From Felis catus (taxonomy: Eukaryota): DNA of 64,000 bases. The stretch is from NCBI RefSeq assembly GCF_018350175.1, contig NC_058369.1, positions 19,780,001-19,844,000 on the forward strand. The letters are read 5' to 3'. Below the pieces are notes generated by a model, which was given only the letters and a program-made list of their open reading frames with translations, had not been told where the DNA came from and did no database searches. The translations under genes were made by a program, and so were the position numbers. Positions 61,772 through 64,000 of the stretch are shown piece after piece (the first letter of the stretch is position 1; the number at the start of each line of letters is the position of its first letter).

Positions 61772-63414
61772 ATTTGATAGGAATTGCATTAAATGTGTAG
61801 ATTGCTTTGGGTAATATAGACATTTTAACAATATTTCTTCTTCCAATACATGAGCATGGAATGCTTTCCATTTTTTGGTGTCATTTTCAGTTTCTTACAT
61901 TAGTGTTTTATAGTTTTCAGTGTTCAGATCTTTTACCTCTTTGGTTAGGTTTATTCCTAGGTATTTATGGTTTTTGGTTTGCTGTAGTGATCGAGATAGT
62001 ATGACACTGGAACAAAAACAGACACATAGATCAGTGGAACAGAATAGAAAACCTAGAAGGAACCCACAACTATACAGTCAGTTAATCTTTGACAAAGCAG
62101 GAAAAAATATACAGTAAAATAAAGTCTCTTCAACAAATGGTGTTGGGAGAACTGGACAGCAACATGCAAAAGAGTTAATCTGGACCACTTCCTTACACCA
62201 TACACAAAAATAAATTCAAAATGGATGAAAGACCTAAATGTGAGACAGGAAACTATCAAAATCCTAGAGGAGAACACAGGCAGTAACCTCTTTGACATTG
62301 ACCATAACAACTTCTTTCTAGATATGTTTCCTGAGGCAATGGGAACAAAAGCAAAAATAAACTTGGGACTTTATCAAAATAAAAAGCTTCTGCATAGCAA
62401 GGGAAATATGCAACAAAACTAAAAGGCAACCTACAGAATGGGAGAAGATACTTGCAAATGACATATCTGATGAAGGGTTAGTATCCAAAATGCATAACAA
62501 ATTTATAAAAGTGAAGACCCAGAAAACAAATAATCCAGTTAAAAAATGGACAGCAGACATGAGTAGACATTTTTCCATTGAAGACACACAGATGGTCAAC
62601 AGACACATGAAAAGATGCTCAGTACCACTGGTCATCAGGGAAATACAAATCAAAACTACAGTGAGATATCACCTCACACCAGTCAGAATGGCTAATATTA
62701 AGAACATAAGAGACAACAGGTGTTGGTAAGGATGCAGAGAAAGGGGAACCCTCATGCACTGCTGGTGGGAATGCACACTGGTATAGTCAATCTGGAAAAA
62801 AGTATAGAGGTTTCTCAGAAAGTTAAAAATAGAACTACCCTATGATCCACCAATAGCACTACAAAGTATTTACCAAAGGAATACAAAAATACAGTTTCAG
62901 AGGGGTACATGCATCCTGATATTTGTAGCATCTTTATCAACAATAGCCAAGATATGGAAGCAGCCCAAGTATCCATTAATTGATGAATGGATAAAGAAGA
63001 TGTATATATATATATATACAATGGAAAATTACACAGCCATCAAAAAGAATGAAATCTTGCCATTTGCAAGGATATGGATGGAGAGTAGAGAGTATAATGC
63101 TAAGCAAAATAAGTTAGAGAAAAACAAATACAATATGATTTCACTCAGATGTGGAATTTAAGAAACAAATTATCATAGGGGAAAAAATGAGAGAGGCAAA
63201 TCAAGAAACAGACTCTTAACTGTAGAGAACAAACTGATGGTTACCAGAGGGCTGGTGGATAGGAGGATGGGTGAAATAGGTGATGGGGATTAAAGAGTGC
63301 ACTTGTTGTGATGAGCGTCAGGTGTTGTATAGAAGTGTTGAATCACTATATTGTACACCAGAATCTAATATTACACTGTACATTAAATAACTGGAATTTA
63401 AACAAAAACTTAAA
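61772..63414 (+). mobile_element. 5'-inverted (twin-primed) carnivore L1, about 1.65 kb
   Basis: Antisense piece at 61772-61980 ([20 protein letters not shown]), then sense ORF2 C-terminus and 3'UTR at 61981-63414. TSD-like tttaKattgaggt at 61759-61771 and 63415-63427. Confidence 0.88.
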
Positions 63415-64000
63415 TTTAGATTGAGGTTTCTTAGGCTGCAACAGTAGAGTGAATTCTCTCCTCAGACACATGGGAGTGCTCATTTGCAGTTATTGTTCCT
63501 TTTTGTGACTCATTGCATCCACAGTCAAGGCTGAGATGGATATGTAGTCCTGTTTCTCTCTGTGATAGGTGGGATTTATTTCCTCTGAGTTCATCTCACT
63601 GAGGGCATCTGCTTTCTAGAATCCTAGCCTTCTGAGATTTGATTCCACCGCCTACCTAGCTCTGGCCTAAGATATTTGGCTAAAACCCATGGATTAGTGG
63701 GTATCCCCAGGGTAAGTGCAGGTGTGATGACAAATTCTCCTTATTTTGATGTAATAGTAGTTTCTGGCTTTACTTTCTTATGCACCCAGCCATATATTAT
63801 ATATTTTGCTTTCATTTTGCTGTTATCTATTATTTACAGATTTTATGTTATATGAAGGGGTTATCTCTATCTGATTGGTGATAGTTCTACATTTTAAAGT
63901 AAGTGTTCTATGCTCCTGAAACCTTCTGTTTCTTTTTTAAAACAGCTTTCTCTAAGAGTCCCTTTCTCTTAAAAACTGACCATTATTTATTGATGGTCTG

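Overview
This is mammalian genomic DNA, almost certainly from a cat-family (Felidae) genome, judging by the abundant feliform Can-SINE (SINEC_Fc-type) and L1_Fc-type LINE-1 copies. The whole window lies inside DOCK3 on the + strand. Only two coding exons are present: 20072-20127 (56 nt, GIFPVNYIHLKKAIVSNR-G, end of the SH3 domain) and 51069-51165 (97 nt, QYETVVPLEDSIVTEVTATLQEWASLWKQLYV). They are joined in frame across a 30,941-nt GT-AG intron, and neither appears in the ORF track. The rest is intron, mostly layered transposon debris: about 38 SINEs, many L1 pieces of different ages, L2, CR1, LTR/MaLR remnants, a Tigger MITE and microsatellites. The ORFs in the track are decayed L1 fragments, SINE read-throughs or chance. 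I found no new protein-coding or defence-type system. The most interesting signals are: a tailless U5 snRNA retrocopy cut at loop 1; a tail-to-tail pair of young L1s with a patch of perfect identity, suggesting gene conversion; an unnamed ~100-bp repeat present twice; a 29-bp locally templated insertion; two short L1 3' transductions; several twin-primed L1s; and a four-element nested insertion. Repeat family names and human reference sequences are from memory, and old-repeat boundaries are approximate.
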